Shown here in pieces: positions 24,204 through 37,556 of a stretch of 64,000 nt of DNA. Source of the stretch: Octopus sinensis. Lineage: Eukaryota. Position 1 is the stretch's first letter; each line of letters starts with the position of its first letter. The position numbers and the translations under genes were made by a program. Location of the stretch: NCBI RefSeq assembly GCF_006345805.1, contig NC_043015.1, positions 33,418,001-33,482,000 on the forward strand, read 5' to 3'. The notes below the pieces were generated by a model. That model did no database searches. It had not been told where the DNA came from and saw only the letters and a program-made list of their open reading frames with translations.

Positions 24204-25950
24204 TATTCACAAATATATACGTGAGTTGGAGTATAATGTTAATATATACAAGCACACAATTGTATGGAGCACTAGTGTCACAAAAATTCATGTTACACAA
24301 GTAGCACAAATGCCTGTTACACAGGTGACACACAACTGTGGCACAAAGTTGCAAGTTACACTGGTGACACAGAGCAGCAAGTATAGTGGAACACAGTTAC
24401 ATTGGCAGCACACAACTGCATGTTACCAGGGTGGCACACAACTGCATGCTACATCAAACTGCTATTTACCAGGTACATGTAACACAACATGTAATTGAGA
24501 TTGATAGATACTGATTATTACTATACTGTTAAAGTAAAAGAGAGTATGTAGACATCCTAAAACCAAGGTACCATATAAAAAGGCCTAGTGCTGCTTAAAA
24601 AGCATTGGTGCCATATGAAAAATACTGGTGATAGTTCCACATAGAAAGCATCCAGTACACTTTGTGGAGTAAGTGGCATAAGAAAAGGCATCCTGCCACA
24701 GAAACCAAGCTAAAACAGACTATGGAACCTGGTACAGCTCCTGTTAAACTGTCCAACCCATGCCAGCATGGAAAACGGATGTATGATGATGATGATTATA
24801 TCTCTGTCTTTCAAGCTGGTATGGCTTGGTTAAGTTGTCATACTATGACTAAATCCTTATTTAGAGTTACAGAATTTTGTCAGAAAGTGCCTCACTGAAT
24901 CATCCATCTTTAACGGTTTCTATGGCAGGATGCCTTTCCTAATACCATCCACTTTACACAGTGAATGCATAATATTCTTCTCTCCTTAATAACCTGGTAG
25001 TATTTCATATAACAACATTGCTCTCCCCCACCACCACTCATCGTCAGTTACACTAATATATGTCAAATGTATTATTACAGAACATTATTATATAAAGGAA
25101 GACTTCCAGGAACAACATAGCAGTTGTTTCAGTTGTGATGTAAGAGAGGTTGATGGTGGTGAGGAGGTGGGTGAGGATAGAGGAATGCAGTAATAAAATG
25201 TGTTAGGTTATATGGGGGGGGGGTACAGGGTTGTGTAGTGTTGTAATAATAGTGAGAGAGAATGAGAAGGAAGAAGAGATAGCGGAGGAAATGGAGGTGG
25301 ATAAGTCGAGATGTCTGTGTGTGAGTTGTGCTAGACTGTAAGTAAATATGTATGTTTGGTGTATGCATATGTGTTTGAGTGTCTAAATGAGTATGCATAT
25401 GCATGTTTGAGAGAGAGAGAGAGATAGGGAGGCAAAAATAAAGACAGATACATAAAAAAGAGAGAGAGAGGCTGAAAGAAGGAAGGGAAATGAAAAAGAG
25501 ATAAGAGGTAGAGCGTAAAAGAAAAGAAACAGAAGTAAGTTAAGGGAAAGGCGAGAGAGAGAAAAAGAGAGAGAAAGGAGAGTTAGAAGCAGGTTGTGAT
25601 GTTATGGAGAGAACTGAAGAATATGAAAAGTGAGTGTGATCCAGATTAGTTAGGAGTTTAGATTGGTGACATTAATCTGGTCTAGGATAATCCATGATGG
25701 GATAATGTGATAAACAACAAGTGTATGGAACATTAGAATAACATTTGACCTAGCAGTGATTCATAGATTATATGGAATTAACTCCTCCACCACCACACCT
25801 GTCTCAGCATACACTGTATCACTACCAATGCACACAGTTACAGTACTATGCACTGTAGTTATACCACTGCACACCACATCTAATATTGCAAAACACCACA
25901 GCTATACCATACAAACTAACTGCACAACACACCACAGTTTTACCATCATA

Positions 25951-27214
25951 TTGGGTCATCCCATAAATAATGCGTTTTTTCAATTGCATGAACTAAAACT
26001 CAGAGAGGGATGGGATAAACTACCTGCACCAACTTGCTATAAAAGCAGGTAGGAATTTTACCTTGTATTTACTTTTAGTGCAAGTTTTGAAGAATGCAGT
26101 TCGATTTTAACAGTTATTTTTTCAAAGCTATAATGGAAGTAACAAAGGAGCATATTTGGCATATTTTGCTTTATGAGTTCAATAAAAGCAATAACAACGG
26201 AAAGTGCGAGGAATATTAATGAAGTATATGGGAGATTGGACAATAAATGTAAGCCAGTGTCAACGGTGGTTCCAGAAATTCTGAGCTGAAAACTACAGCC
26301 CAGAAGACGAGCCTCATATTGGAAGATCTGTAGAGCTCAATGAGGACATCCTGCAAACTCTGGTGGAACAAAATCCCATTGTAACCATTGAGGAACTAGC
26401 AGAGAAGCTTGGATTTGGTCATTCAACCATTCATCAACACCTGCATGCCATCGGAACAGTCAGCAAATTGGGTCAATGGGTTCCTCACAAACTTTCCAAG
26501 TTTAATCGTGTGCAGAAAGTGAATGTGTTCTCTTCTTTGCTGTCAGGTCTCATGAATGAACCATTTTTGGACCGAATACTGATGAGAAATGGGTTATCTA
26601 TAAAACTGCCAAGCGCCGATGAGAGTGGGTAGGGAAAGGAGAAACACTGGCACCCTAGGCAAAAGAAGGTCTTCACCCATGTAAAGTGTTGTTATCTGTT
26701 TAGTGGGATAGTCCACTTTGAACTTTTAAACTCAAACCAAACAATAACAAAGGAGATCTACTGTGAGCAGCTTGAGTGGCTTAAGTCAGCACTAGAAGAA
26801 AAACGACCATCTTTGGTTTCAAGACGAAAGGTATTCTTCCATCAGGATAATGCTTGGCCACATACAGTGAGGATGACATTCCAAAGGCCAGAGCAGTTTG
26901 AATGGGAAATGATGCCCCACCCACCAATTCACTGGACATTTGCCTCATCTGATTATCATTTATTCCGTGGTCTTCAAAATCATTTAGATGGAAAAAATAT
27001 GAATTTTCTGTAGATTAGGTCAGAACAGAACTGGAGGAGTATTTTTCATCAGAGACAAGTGAATTTCAGAAGAGGAGCCTTGCAAGTCTACCAAATAGAT
27101 GGAAGAGCATTGTAGAAAATGAAGGAGAGTATATTTTAGATTAAAAAAGAACTTTATCTTAAATCTAAAAAATAAAAGTATAAAAAAATCCACATTATTT
27201 ACGGGATGACCAAA
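25951..27214 (+). mobile_element. Decayed full-length mariner (DD34D) transposon
   Basis: TIRs TTGGGTCATCCCATAAATAATGCG and CACATTATTTACGGGATGACCAAA, with TA at 25949-25950 and 27215-27216. Transposase remnants: GQWVPHKL, FLDRI, HQDNAWPH-(34 aa)-SDYHLF. Confidence 0.92.
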
Positions 27215-27294
27215 TACATTGCAATTATACCATTACACACACAGCTAAACCCCTGTGATATACTTATGCCATTACATACCACTATACACAAAAG

Positions 27295-27600
27295 GGAACC
27301 TCTGCATAGTTGCTTAATCGGTTAGAAGTAGCAACTAAATTTACACATTAAAGACTACACTGAATTATGTATAAAGTCTACTCTATTTGGGTTGACCCGG
27401 GGCTAAACAACAGCAGACCTTATCACCATGATGCTGAATCGCTGTTACTCTATGTGGTCTTTTGAACTAATTGAAATAGCAGCCGAATCTCCTTGAAATC
27501 ACACCCAACTCTCTTTAAAAGAATAGGAAACACTGAATAATGTAGTTTAAGATACATTGACTATAAAATGGGATAGTCATGGCTGGAAAACCTTTATAAC
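27295..27600 (+). repeat. Dispersed repeat tail (TGCTAGAAATAGCAGCCAAATCTCCCTCAAATCAC...GGGGCTAAACAACAAC type)
   Basis: Related copies lie at about 16245-16430(-), 44660-44745, 46080-46310 and 55520-55740. The class was not determined. Confidence 0.55.
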
Positions 27601-29735
27601 ATTGGTCATTATTAAGGCGGAATGAAACAGTTACTGTGATGACATAGCACAAAACCTTACTATTATCACCATCAGAACACTACCAATGTCCTCTGCTGCG
27701 CATACTGCTGCCACGACCGACTACTCCATCATCATTAAACTACCATGAAACAACAACACTACTAACACATCTCAATACCACCTCAACCACCACCACCATC
27801 TCCACTATGCATCCAAATCACCATATCCACCACAATACATCAAAACCGTAACTGCACCACATAAAACCACCACCATCACTGCCTCAATAACACATCAAAA
27901 CCACCACAACAACCGCTGCTGCTTTCCCTCCACCTTTATTCATAACCAACAACAATCCATACAGTCATTAAACATCACACACACATTACTATAAAAAACA
28001 AAAAACAAAAAGACATGAACAGCCACAATAAAAGCTTTGGGTCCAGTCCTTTCATACTGCAAGTGTTCCAACAAAAAATATTGATTTCTTACACAAGACA
28101 CGAGGTCTCATATTTGAAAGAAAGGAGCAGTCACATTTATGAACCTCGGTGTTTGACTGATGTTTGACTCCTGGAAGGAGGGCTGCACCAGGCACCTTCC
28201 ATCTGTTTTGGCATGGTTTCCATGGCTGGATGCCCTCTCTAACACCAACCACTTTACAGAGTGTATTGGGTGCTTTCTACATGGTGCTAGTACAGGTGCT
28301 TTTATGTGGCACTGGCATGAGAGCTTACCACATGGTGGCAGCACAGGTGCTTATTACTTGATGCTGGTTCAAGGGCCTCTTAAATGGTTACGGCATAGGA
28401 GCTTATTACGTGATGCTGGCACAGGTGCTTTTTATGTTGCGCATCATGAAAATAGCTACTACTACCACCACTACTACTACTGCTGCTGCTGAAAGCAAGA
28501 ATTTACCGTGGCAAGATTTAACCTTAGAAAGGGCCAAAACAAAATACTGCAAGGCATTTTGTTCAATGCTTTCCTCAAGCACCAATAATAAAGAATTTAT
28601 TTTATACATCAAAATAAGGTATCAGAACCCCAGTATAACACAGCTATCATCCCCAGATGATCCGGTACACATTCCACAAAGTGACAGATGAACTCCATCA
28701 GTAAAGATTTCAAGTAGGTTGAGCCAAATATCAGAGCAGTGGGTGTAAACTCCAGCACAATAAGCCGCTGCTCTATTTAACTGCATTGTTTCATTTTATA
28801 TGTATAAGGCATAAAATAAAGTACATAATAATCAGATAGAAACATTCATATTCTTCCCTTGTACATGCACACACATATACTTAAACAGAGTTGAAATGCT
28901 GTTTGATTTTTCTTTTCAGCATTGAACATTCACCATCCCATTTCCATTGCACATACACACACACACACACACACATACAAACATTCACATACCTCCCTTT
29001 TACATACACACACATATACTCACACTGAGTTGAAATGCTGATTTCTTCACACCTTCCTTCCTTATTCATCTATCACCCCTTCCTTTCTCCATTGCTATTA
29101 CTTTCTCTCACTCTCTCTCAGTCAGGGCCATTACTCTCACTACTTCTCCTTCACTGAATTACTATTTTCTCTCCTCTCCCTACTCTTTCTCCTACTCTGT
29201 CCAACTCCTACTCTGTGATTTACATACAAATATATGAAAACACTACACTCATTATTGTATTAGATTAGTGACAGAGGCAGTATTAATACTGGGAGGTGAT
29301 ATTTATCCCCGCTTAAACATGGATGTTCCGTTAGAACAAACTATTCTGCAGTGGATACTAAGAAAGAAACTCTTATATTGGCTTATGGTGCAAAAATGCA
29401 CTGTTGTTTATATCGTGAGCAGGGAGATAAATCTCTGCCTTCTCCAGTGCCAAAACCACCAAAAGCCAATATGAGGGTTTCTCTCATGGTATCTATCACA
29501 GTATAGCTTGTTCTAACAGAACATCCACATTTAAGTAGGGATGAATATTACCTCTTGGTGATTTTGTCCACCAGGAAGTGTGTGGTACATATTTCACCAA
29601 TAGATGGCAGCTACTAAGTGAATCCTTGATCGTTTCTTTGTGACAGTTCTTGTTAACTGCGGAGTGATACATCTAAAGAGTTAAAGTTGAGTGTGGAAAG
29701 ACATCAACAACAGCTGTTACTAGAACTGCTATGCT

Positions 29736-29767
<32 letters not shown>

Positions 29768-30483
29768 TTACTACTACTATATGAAAACTGGTTATGTTTA
29801 TTAACTAAATGCTAGAGGCAGGTGTGTAAATGTATTTGTACAAAAGCTATTTAGAAATCACCACCACCACTACAGCCAATCAACAGAAACACATCAAAGA
29901 TAAACCCTATCTATTGTAACAATTCTACATACATATGAGAGAGAAAGAAAGAGAGAGAAAGAAAGAAAGAAAGAAAAAGAGAGTGGGAAAAATTCCTGTA
30001 CAACAGTCTGCCCAACCTGCTCAATATAACAAGTAAAATCTCTCACATATCTAGGAAGGTCTGCTTCTCTTATATAATTCTTAGTCTCACCCAATCTCCA
30101 ACCAATAACCATTTATTCCACGAGGAATTATTCCAGCAGATGCTGAAAGTTTACTCTAAGGAAGCAAAACTTTAGTCTTGTGTTATTTTAGTTTGTTTTC
30201 TGATGTAATTCAATAATTGGAAACTGAAAACAAACAAAAAGAACTCCAGTCAAAATGGATATGAAAGTTACCATTCACCACTTTACTTGGGTTGAACTAC
30301 CTTTGAGAGTTTACTATCTTTGCAACTCAGGTGTAATGCTACAGGGCAGCTTTATTGGACAGAACAACAGTTTTAGATTTTTAACTGTTCTAAATAAATC
30401 GCTCCCACACTTTGTTGTTTTTTGTTTCTTTTATACACACATATTCAGGAATAAGTTTGTTCTAATAGAACATCCACACCTGG

Positions 30484-30516
<33 letters not shown>

Positions 30517-33087
30517 GCATCTATCTATCTATACATACATAAAATTCATCATCATCATCATCATTTAATATACATTTTCAATGCTGGTGTGACTTGGATG
30601 ATTTAACAGGATCCAACAAGTCAAAAGACAGCATTTAGTTCCAATATCTATTCTGGTATGGTTTCTATGGCTGGATTCCCTGCCTAACACCAACCACTTT
30701 ACAGAGTGCATTGGGGGCTTTTTTTTTTGTGACACTGACATTAGTGAGTGTCACCAAATAACTCACAAGACCCCTTGACTAAGCAGAATTGTAGTAGAAG
30801 GAGGCCTTATGCCAGGTATTGAGAGATAAATGTAAGACAGAGAGGTAGGTACAAGTGTCATATAATAGAGGACCACCTTGCATTATGTAAGGGTGAATGG
30901 GAGTAGCTGGAGAGAAGACAGTGATGGTGAGGGATTACAATGTACTTCCGAGAAGGTGAGCATAAGAAAGTGTGGAGGGATGAGGACAGAGTGTTAGAAA
31001 TGGGGTTGGGGGTGAACATTAGGAAGGGAACAAGGATAGAATGGTGGTTGATGGTAAACATCAGTATAGGTGGGTAGGTGAAAGAAATAGGAGTGGCACA
31101 GGAAAGGGGAATGATAAATGGCAACACAGGCAGAGTGGAGAGCAGCAGTATAACAAACCTGTGGATAGATCAGAAGAGAGGGGGATGATGAGGAAGGTGG
31201 GAGAGTAGGGATATATATATAGTGATAGGGAAAGATGTCAGATGTAGGGGTGGCTAGGTTGGGGAGAAGCCACTGAAGGAAGATGAGAAAAGGGTGCTGA
31301 GAATGGTAGGAGTTAAGAGAGGAGATAAGATGAAGTATACTAGTCCTAAGATGTAACTCAGAAGAGAGGGAGGAAGAAATTCAAGGCACAGAGAATCACT
31401 TGAAAATTAAGTGGGAAGCCACAATAATTGAGAATGAGAGATGGTTTTTAAAAGGAAGGGATTTCAGTGTAACGGGGAGGGAACTCATTGTAGAAAGGAG
31501 GATGAAATATGTGCAGAATATATACACACAGATATACATGAGGTGAGCTTATCACATGGGTGTTGGAGGTGGCCAATCACATGTTTAAGAAACGAAGTGA
31601 ACTAGCTCATCAGGGAAAGGAAAGCATCGCAGCACATAAATAGAACTTTCCACCACTATACAGATTTCACACACTAAATATATGCATCAAAATCTTTAGA
31701 TTTGAGAAATTTCTTTTAACCATTCTCATTTGTCTGTGGGAATGATTTCAGTGGTTCTCTAATATTTGGAATCTTTCATGTTACTATGGTACCCTCTGAT
31801 GTCTATACAACTGCAGTGATGTTTGATTTGTCATTAAGTTTTACTGTTCAACTTTTTAATGACTTTGTTTAGTTCTGGTTTAGTTATTAAGACTTTATTC
31901 CAAGCAGAAATATCGGAATACAAAGATTTCAGTTGATTTGTGGCTTTCAAAAATTCTTTGGATGTTGCAATAGATTTCCTATTAAGCATGAGTCTGTAAT
32001 CATCTTCAACATGTAATGCCCATCTTCCATGCTGGCTTGGGTTGGATATTTCGACAAGATCTAACAAGCAGTAGGATTTAGGCAGGCTACAATGACTCTG
32101 TCTCTCTTTTCAGCAGGGGAAAGCCACGCATCTTTCTATAGCATGACTCTTGTTCTTGTCCCTCTGTTAAATATATATCATCACCATCATTTAATGTCAG
32201 TCTTCCATGCTGGCATGGGTTGGACAGTTTGACAGGAGCTGGTAAGCCAGACAACGGCACCAAGCTTTACTCTCGATAAGAGTAAGAAAAGGCAAAAGAG
32301 ACAAGGATGTGAATATAAATGGAACGGTTGAGGATTGCTCAAGGTGATGGAGTAGGGAGTTCAGGGAAGTGCAAGAAGGGAGAGAGGAAGAAAGAGGGAA
32401 ATGCAGTGAGGGTAAAACAAGGGTATAGGGGGGGGGGGAAGTGACATTTTAGGGTAGGTGTGAGAGGCCAGATCTGTCTGGTTCTGAACATAAAAACAGG
32501 TAGAAAACGATTTAAATGCTAAAGAGTTAAACATGAAAGCTTCAAACTGATATTTTCTGGGCCAGTGGCAAAACATCTTGACTGAGTTATTGTAGGTGCA
32601 CATGGAAAATGTGAGCAATGGAGAGAGTGTGAACGAGAGAAAGAAGCTAAGAAAGAGAGAGAGAGGGGGAGAGAGAGAGAATGAACAAGGCAGAAAGGGA
32701 ATTAGAGGAAGGGTGGAAGGGAGAGGCATTGTGTGTGAAGGGGGATATCTTCTTATGTTATAAAAAGATGGTGGAAGAATGTTCAGAATGGAGGCAGAAT
32801 GAAATAAAATAGTATTTAGTAAAATAGTACCTTTCAATGATACTTTTTTCTAAATCCCAAGGGTTTTTTTCTTGACCTCGTTACACTGTATGAAGCAGGG
32901 GCACATTAATAATAGTAATGGTGGTAGTGATGGTGGTGGTGGTGGCAGTGATGAAGGTGTTGGTGAGTATGATGGTAATGGCTGGGTGAGAGTGATGATG
33001 ATGATGATGGTAGTGGTGGTGGCAATGGTGAAGGTGTTGGTGGTAATGACAGTGGTGATGATGGTGAAAATAGGGAATGGTGATAAT

Positions 33088-33153
33088 GATGATGGTAGTG
33101 ATGTTTGTGCTTATAGTGATGATGATGGTAGTGATGTTTGTGCTTATAGTGAT
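33088..33153. repeat. Perfect 33-bp tandem duplication within a (GAT/GGT)n low-complexity tract
   Basis: (GATGATGGTAGTGATGTTTGTGCTTATAGTGAT)x2. Confidence 0.9.
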
Positions 33154-36027
33154 GATGATGATGAAAAACAATAAAAATACTAATTAAATATGCAAGTGGT
33201 ATTAAACCACCTCACCACTATATTCTATTTATTTATAAGAAGTGTTGGGAAATATTTGTTAGAATTAAATTCAATTTCAAATATTTTCATTTCTGGAGTT
33301 TTAAAACAACACTATTTCCTGTTGGGGAGGGTGGGGGTGGGCAATTGCTAATTATTGATGAGAGAAAATAGTGCACACACACACACACAGAAACAGTCAC
33401 TCATACACATGTAAATTTAGAGAGGCAATCACACACATAAACAAACACCAGTCATATAACCCACACCCTAAATACCATATCACAAATGCATACATTATAA
33501 CAGAGACAAACCATCAACATAGAAGCACATAAACACACACCCCACTAACAAACGCATACATCACCATGAACACACAATTGCATACACACCAGATATGCAC
33601 GCACAAGCGTACACATACTACTAACATACACAAACACACACATACAACACAACACAACACAACACAGACACTACCAACACACAGATATGCATGCATACCC
33701 ACACACCATTACACAAACAAGCATCTCCTGTACATACACATGCAACACACACATTACAGATGCACTCACATATGTGCATTCCAAAGAAGAACACAAACAC
33801 AGATACATGCACACTGCCAACACACAAACGACTCCCCCACATACACTCACGCAGTAGACGCTGCCCCTCATACATTCAGATGGCTGGTCTTTAATTTTTG
33901 ATTTTTTTGGTTTGTGGGTGGGGTTTGTGGGTGGGGCTGGTGTACAACCTGTTAGGATTTCTTTATTCTTGCTTTTGACTGTAGCCATGCTGAAGCACCA
34001 TCTTAAAAAGTGTTTTTTGTTGAAGAAATTGGCCCCAAGACTTATTCTTTTAGAGCCTGGTACTTAACCCATTGGTCTCTTTTGCTGAACTGCTAAATTA
34101 TGGAGGAGTAAACACACCAACATCATTTGTCAAGTGATGGTGGTGGGGACAAACACCAACACATACACACACAACAGGCTTCTTTCAGTTTCCACCTACC
34201 AAATCCACTCATAATGTTTTGGTTGGCCTAAAACTATAGTAGAAGACACTTGCCCAAGGTGTTATGCAGTGGGACTGAACCTGGAACCATGTGATTGAGA
34301 GGCAAACTTCTTACCATGCAGCCATGCCAGTGCTTTGTTTTTCTGTTTTTCTTTTTGCCTTGTAATTTCCAGTGGTTCACTGTGGAGAGATTGGGATCCA
34401 AGGTAGGACTGGCATTTCCATGATTGATAATGTATTGTTTACACACTAAAGCTGTCACTGGATCTAAATACGGTAGCTGTGATTGCTTTCAGTATATTTG
34501 TGTATAAGAAAGGTATCTAGCTGTAGAAATAAAACATGCCAGAACAGATAATGGAACCTGGTGCAGCCTCTGGCCTTACCAACTCCACCAATCTGTCCAA
34601 CCGATGCCAGAATGGTAAAACAAATGTCAAATGATAATGATGGTGTCTTTTAGTAGTTCTGTGAATGTTGAGTTGAGTTTGCATACAATGGTGCCTAATA
34701 TTCTGTTTAGTGTGTGTGTGTGTGTGTGTTGCTGAGTGTTTAAAACAAGCTGCTTCTGCTGTAATCTGGCACTGCTGATTAATAAGGGAGGCAGTGGATT
34801 TGGTGGGTGCTTCTTTAAGCCTGTTGTTCTGGGATCAGGCTCCTTGGTGACTGATGCAGCATTGGAGAATAGTTTAAGTATATGAGAGTGATGTCATCTG
34901 TATATGGCGGTGTCTGTATGTTTTGACGAGGTACAGGTAGATTGTGTAGTTAGTAACAGACTGGAAAGGGTAAATGTAAGTAATAGGGGATCCTTGTGGT
35001 ATACTCAATTCAGGGAAAATTCCAAGTTTTAGAAGTTAACTTTTGGATAATGCAACACAGGCAAGCTGTTGATTTTGTGTAGGTTATCTAAGTGAACAAA
35101 TGAATGAATATAGCAAACAGCAGCTAAGAAAGTTTTGTTGATGTGGCTGCTGGCTTTATGAATCCTTGCTCAATGGTGATGGTAGAAGGAACTGCGGTTG
35201 CAGTGGTTGATCTTTAGCTGTCAATTCAACCACTGCCTCTCCCACCATCACCACATTCCACACTTCATTCTCTTCCTCCTCCTCCTGTAACTCATACTCA
35301 CCTCTCTTGATTATTCTCTTTTGAAAAAAAAACGTTTTTAATATAATGTGGCTGTTTTAAGCCTTTGCCCCAACGCTTAGGCAAGTAAATCACCCCACCC
35401 CCAAACACCGTCTCTTTGCTCCCGCCCCGTTCTGCAACAAAATCTACAATGAAACATGTGGTAACAAAATCCTCATCAGGCAAATAAATTAATGGTTTTC
35501 ACAAAACTTACTGGATGAAAAACATAGCACTGTACTCAGAGCAAAGGTTAATAATAACAACAACAACAACTGAATATACATGGAGAAAAACAGAATGCAG
35601 AAGAAATCCCTTGACAAAAAGAAAAAAAACAACAACAAAAACTACAAAAATTGCCAAAAAAAGTAAAATGGTTGATTAGATTAAAACTTTTCATCACCAA
35701 TGCACTAAATCCGCTTGCATTTAAGGTAGAATAAATTGAATGAAGATTAAAATTAATTATTGACGATTCCATCAAGTATGTTTGAACAATTGTGAAATTG
35801 GCCAGTCACCAACGCCACCACAACAACAACAACAATATATTTTGACACCTGAACACACCTGCCAGTCAGGTAATTATTAAACAATAGTCTGTTTCAAGTG
35901 AGTATATACAGAAGATAACATTTATTCTTGTGCATGCACTTAAGTGTGTGTGTGTGTACATACTCATGCATAAGTATGTATTTAACTGTGTGTTGGTATA
36001 TATACATTTATTTATATATATATATAC

Positions 36028-36082
<55 letters not shown>

Positions 36083-36197
36083 CAAATACATACATGCACA
36101 GGTAAGCACATAAATAAAAAACAAAGTGGAAAAATTAGTACTTGATTACCAAAGATAGAGTTATAGGCATTTTATTAAAGCTGCAAAAAATTTTCAG

Positions 36198-36237
36198 ACT
36201 GTTACTCAGAGTTTCACAATACTGCTTGTCAGACGGT
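36198..36237 (-). ncRNA. Decayed hammerhead motif (family 3), sense to dlg1
   Basis: Minus strand reads ACCGT-CTGACAA-GCA(GTAT)TGT-GAA-ACTC(T)GAGT-A-ACAGT. The three departures from an ideal fold (G8>A, stem II C>T, stem I G>A) would all be CpG transitions. Confidence 0.6.
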
Positions 36238-36556
36238 TGTGGTCATACTGACCACAATTGTCAAGCGAACAGCTTTGAAAAAATGTGTGTGTGTGTTTGT
36301 GTATTATAATTCTGCTTAGATATAGTGAGACCAAAAATCAACCAGTTGATGTATAGTGTATAATATTTCTAAGTCCCAGTGGGGAGGTAGCATGAATGTC
36401 CTCACCTCTGGAATTCTACATCAGAAGTACAGAGTGTAATATTGACAAATGACAAAAGAACAGGAGTTATATAATCACATTCATTAGCTTACAGTTGATT
36501 CCTTTACACAAGATTGTACAGTCAGGAGTGAATGACAGTAAATGATTCCTGTTCTT

Positions 36557-36635
<79 letters not shown>

Positions 36636-36637
<2 letters not shown>

Positions 36638-36923
36638 AAGTACCCTGGATCCCCAAAGTACCCCGGACCTCGTTGCCCCGTGCCGCTGACACGTTAAAAG
36701 CTCGAACCGATCGTGACCGATGCCGGACCCTCGGCCCCTGTGCAGGTGGCACGTAAAAAGCACCCAATCCACTCACGGAGTGGTTGGCGTTATGAAGGGC
36801 ATCCAGCTGTAGAAACTCTGCCAGATTCAGACTGGAGCCTGGAGCGGCCCCTGGCTTTCCAGACCCGGTCGAACCATCCAACCCGTGCTAGCGTGGAAAG
36901 CGGACGTTAAACGATGATGATGA

Positions 36924-36926
<3 letters not shown>
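36636..36926 (+). mobile_element. Young RTE-type 3' UTR insertion between (TA)n arrays
   Basis: CpG-rich copy of the same tail ending GCGGACGTTAAACGATGATGATG, with (TA)n on both sides. Confidence 0.78.
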
Positions 36927-36972
<46 letters not shown>

Positions 36973-37216
36973 CAATAATAATAAAGGGTAAAAATTAATT
37001 AATTAATAATTAATAATTTTACCAAGTAGTTTGGTATGTTAAAAGAACCATTATCGGTAAACTTAAGCAAAAATTCTTATAATTAGGCTTCAGCAGAAGA
37101 TTTTCTTATGGTAGAGAAATAGCTAGTTTTGGCTGCTATTTCTAAATTTCGGTATGTGGTGAAGCAAATTTTTTGCTGAACCCTAATTATAATTATACTC
37201 ATAATTATAAGAATTC

Positions 37217-37256
<40 letters not shown>

Positions 37257-37556
37257 TCAAATTTAGGGATTGAGATGTAGGAAGAAAGTTAGCTTCAAGC
37301 AATCCATAGTAAATATATAAAAAACTTTCAAGAACAATAGTGCTTTATTGAGATGAAAGTTTGTGGATTTATTTTCTTTTATTGAAGAATGATGAACTGA
37401 AAAAAGTTCCTTTTATATTCTTCGGTAGGCAACCAGGGTTGCCAAGTGTGCGAAAAAGAATACAAGAGTTAGCACATTCATTGTCTGTGATGAAAGTCAA
37501 TGAATGAGATTATATAATTCCAGTTACTCCATTCTATAACTCTTGTATATGAATGG

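Noticed and set aside
24290-24500. Degenerate GTTACAC...GCACACAACTG repeats (similar tracts at 8040-8250, 16600-16830 and 53860-54070)
   Set aside because: These are old, irregular simple-sequence decay with no stable period or open frame of note.
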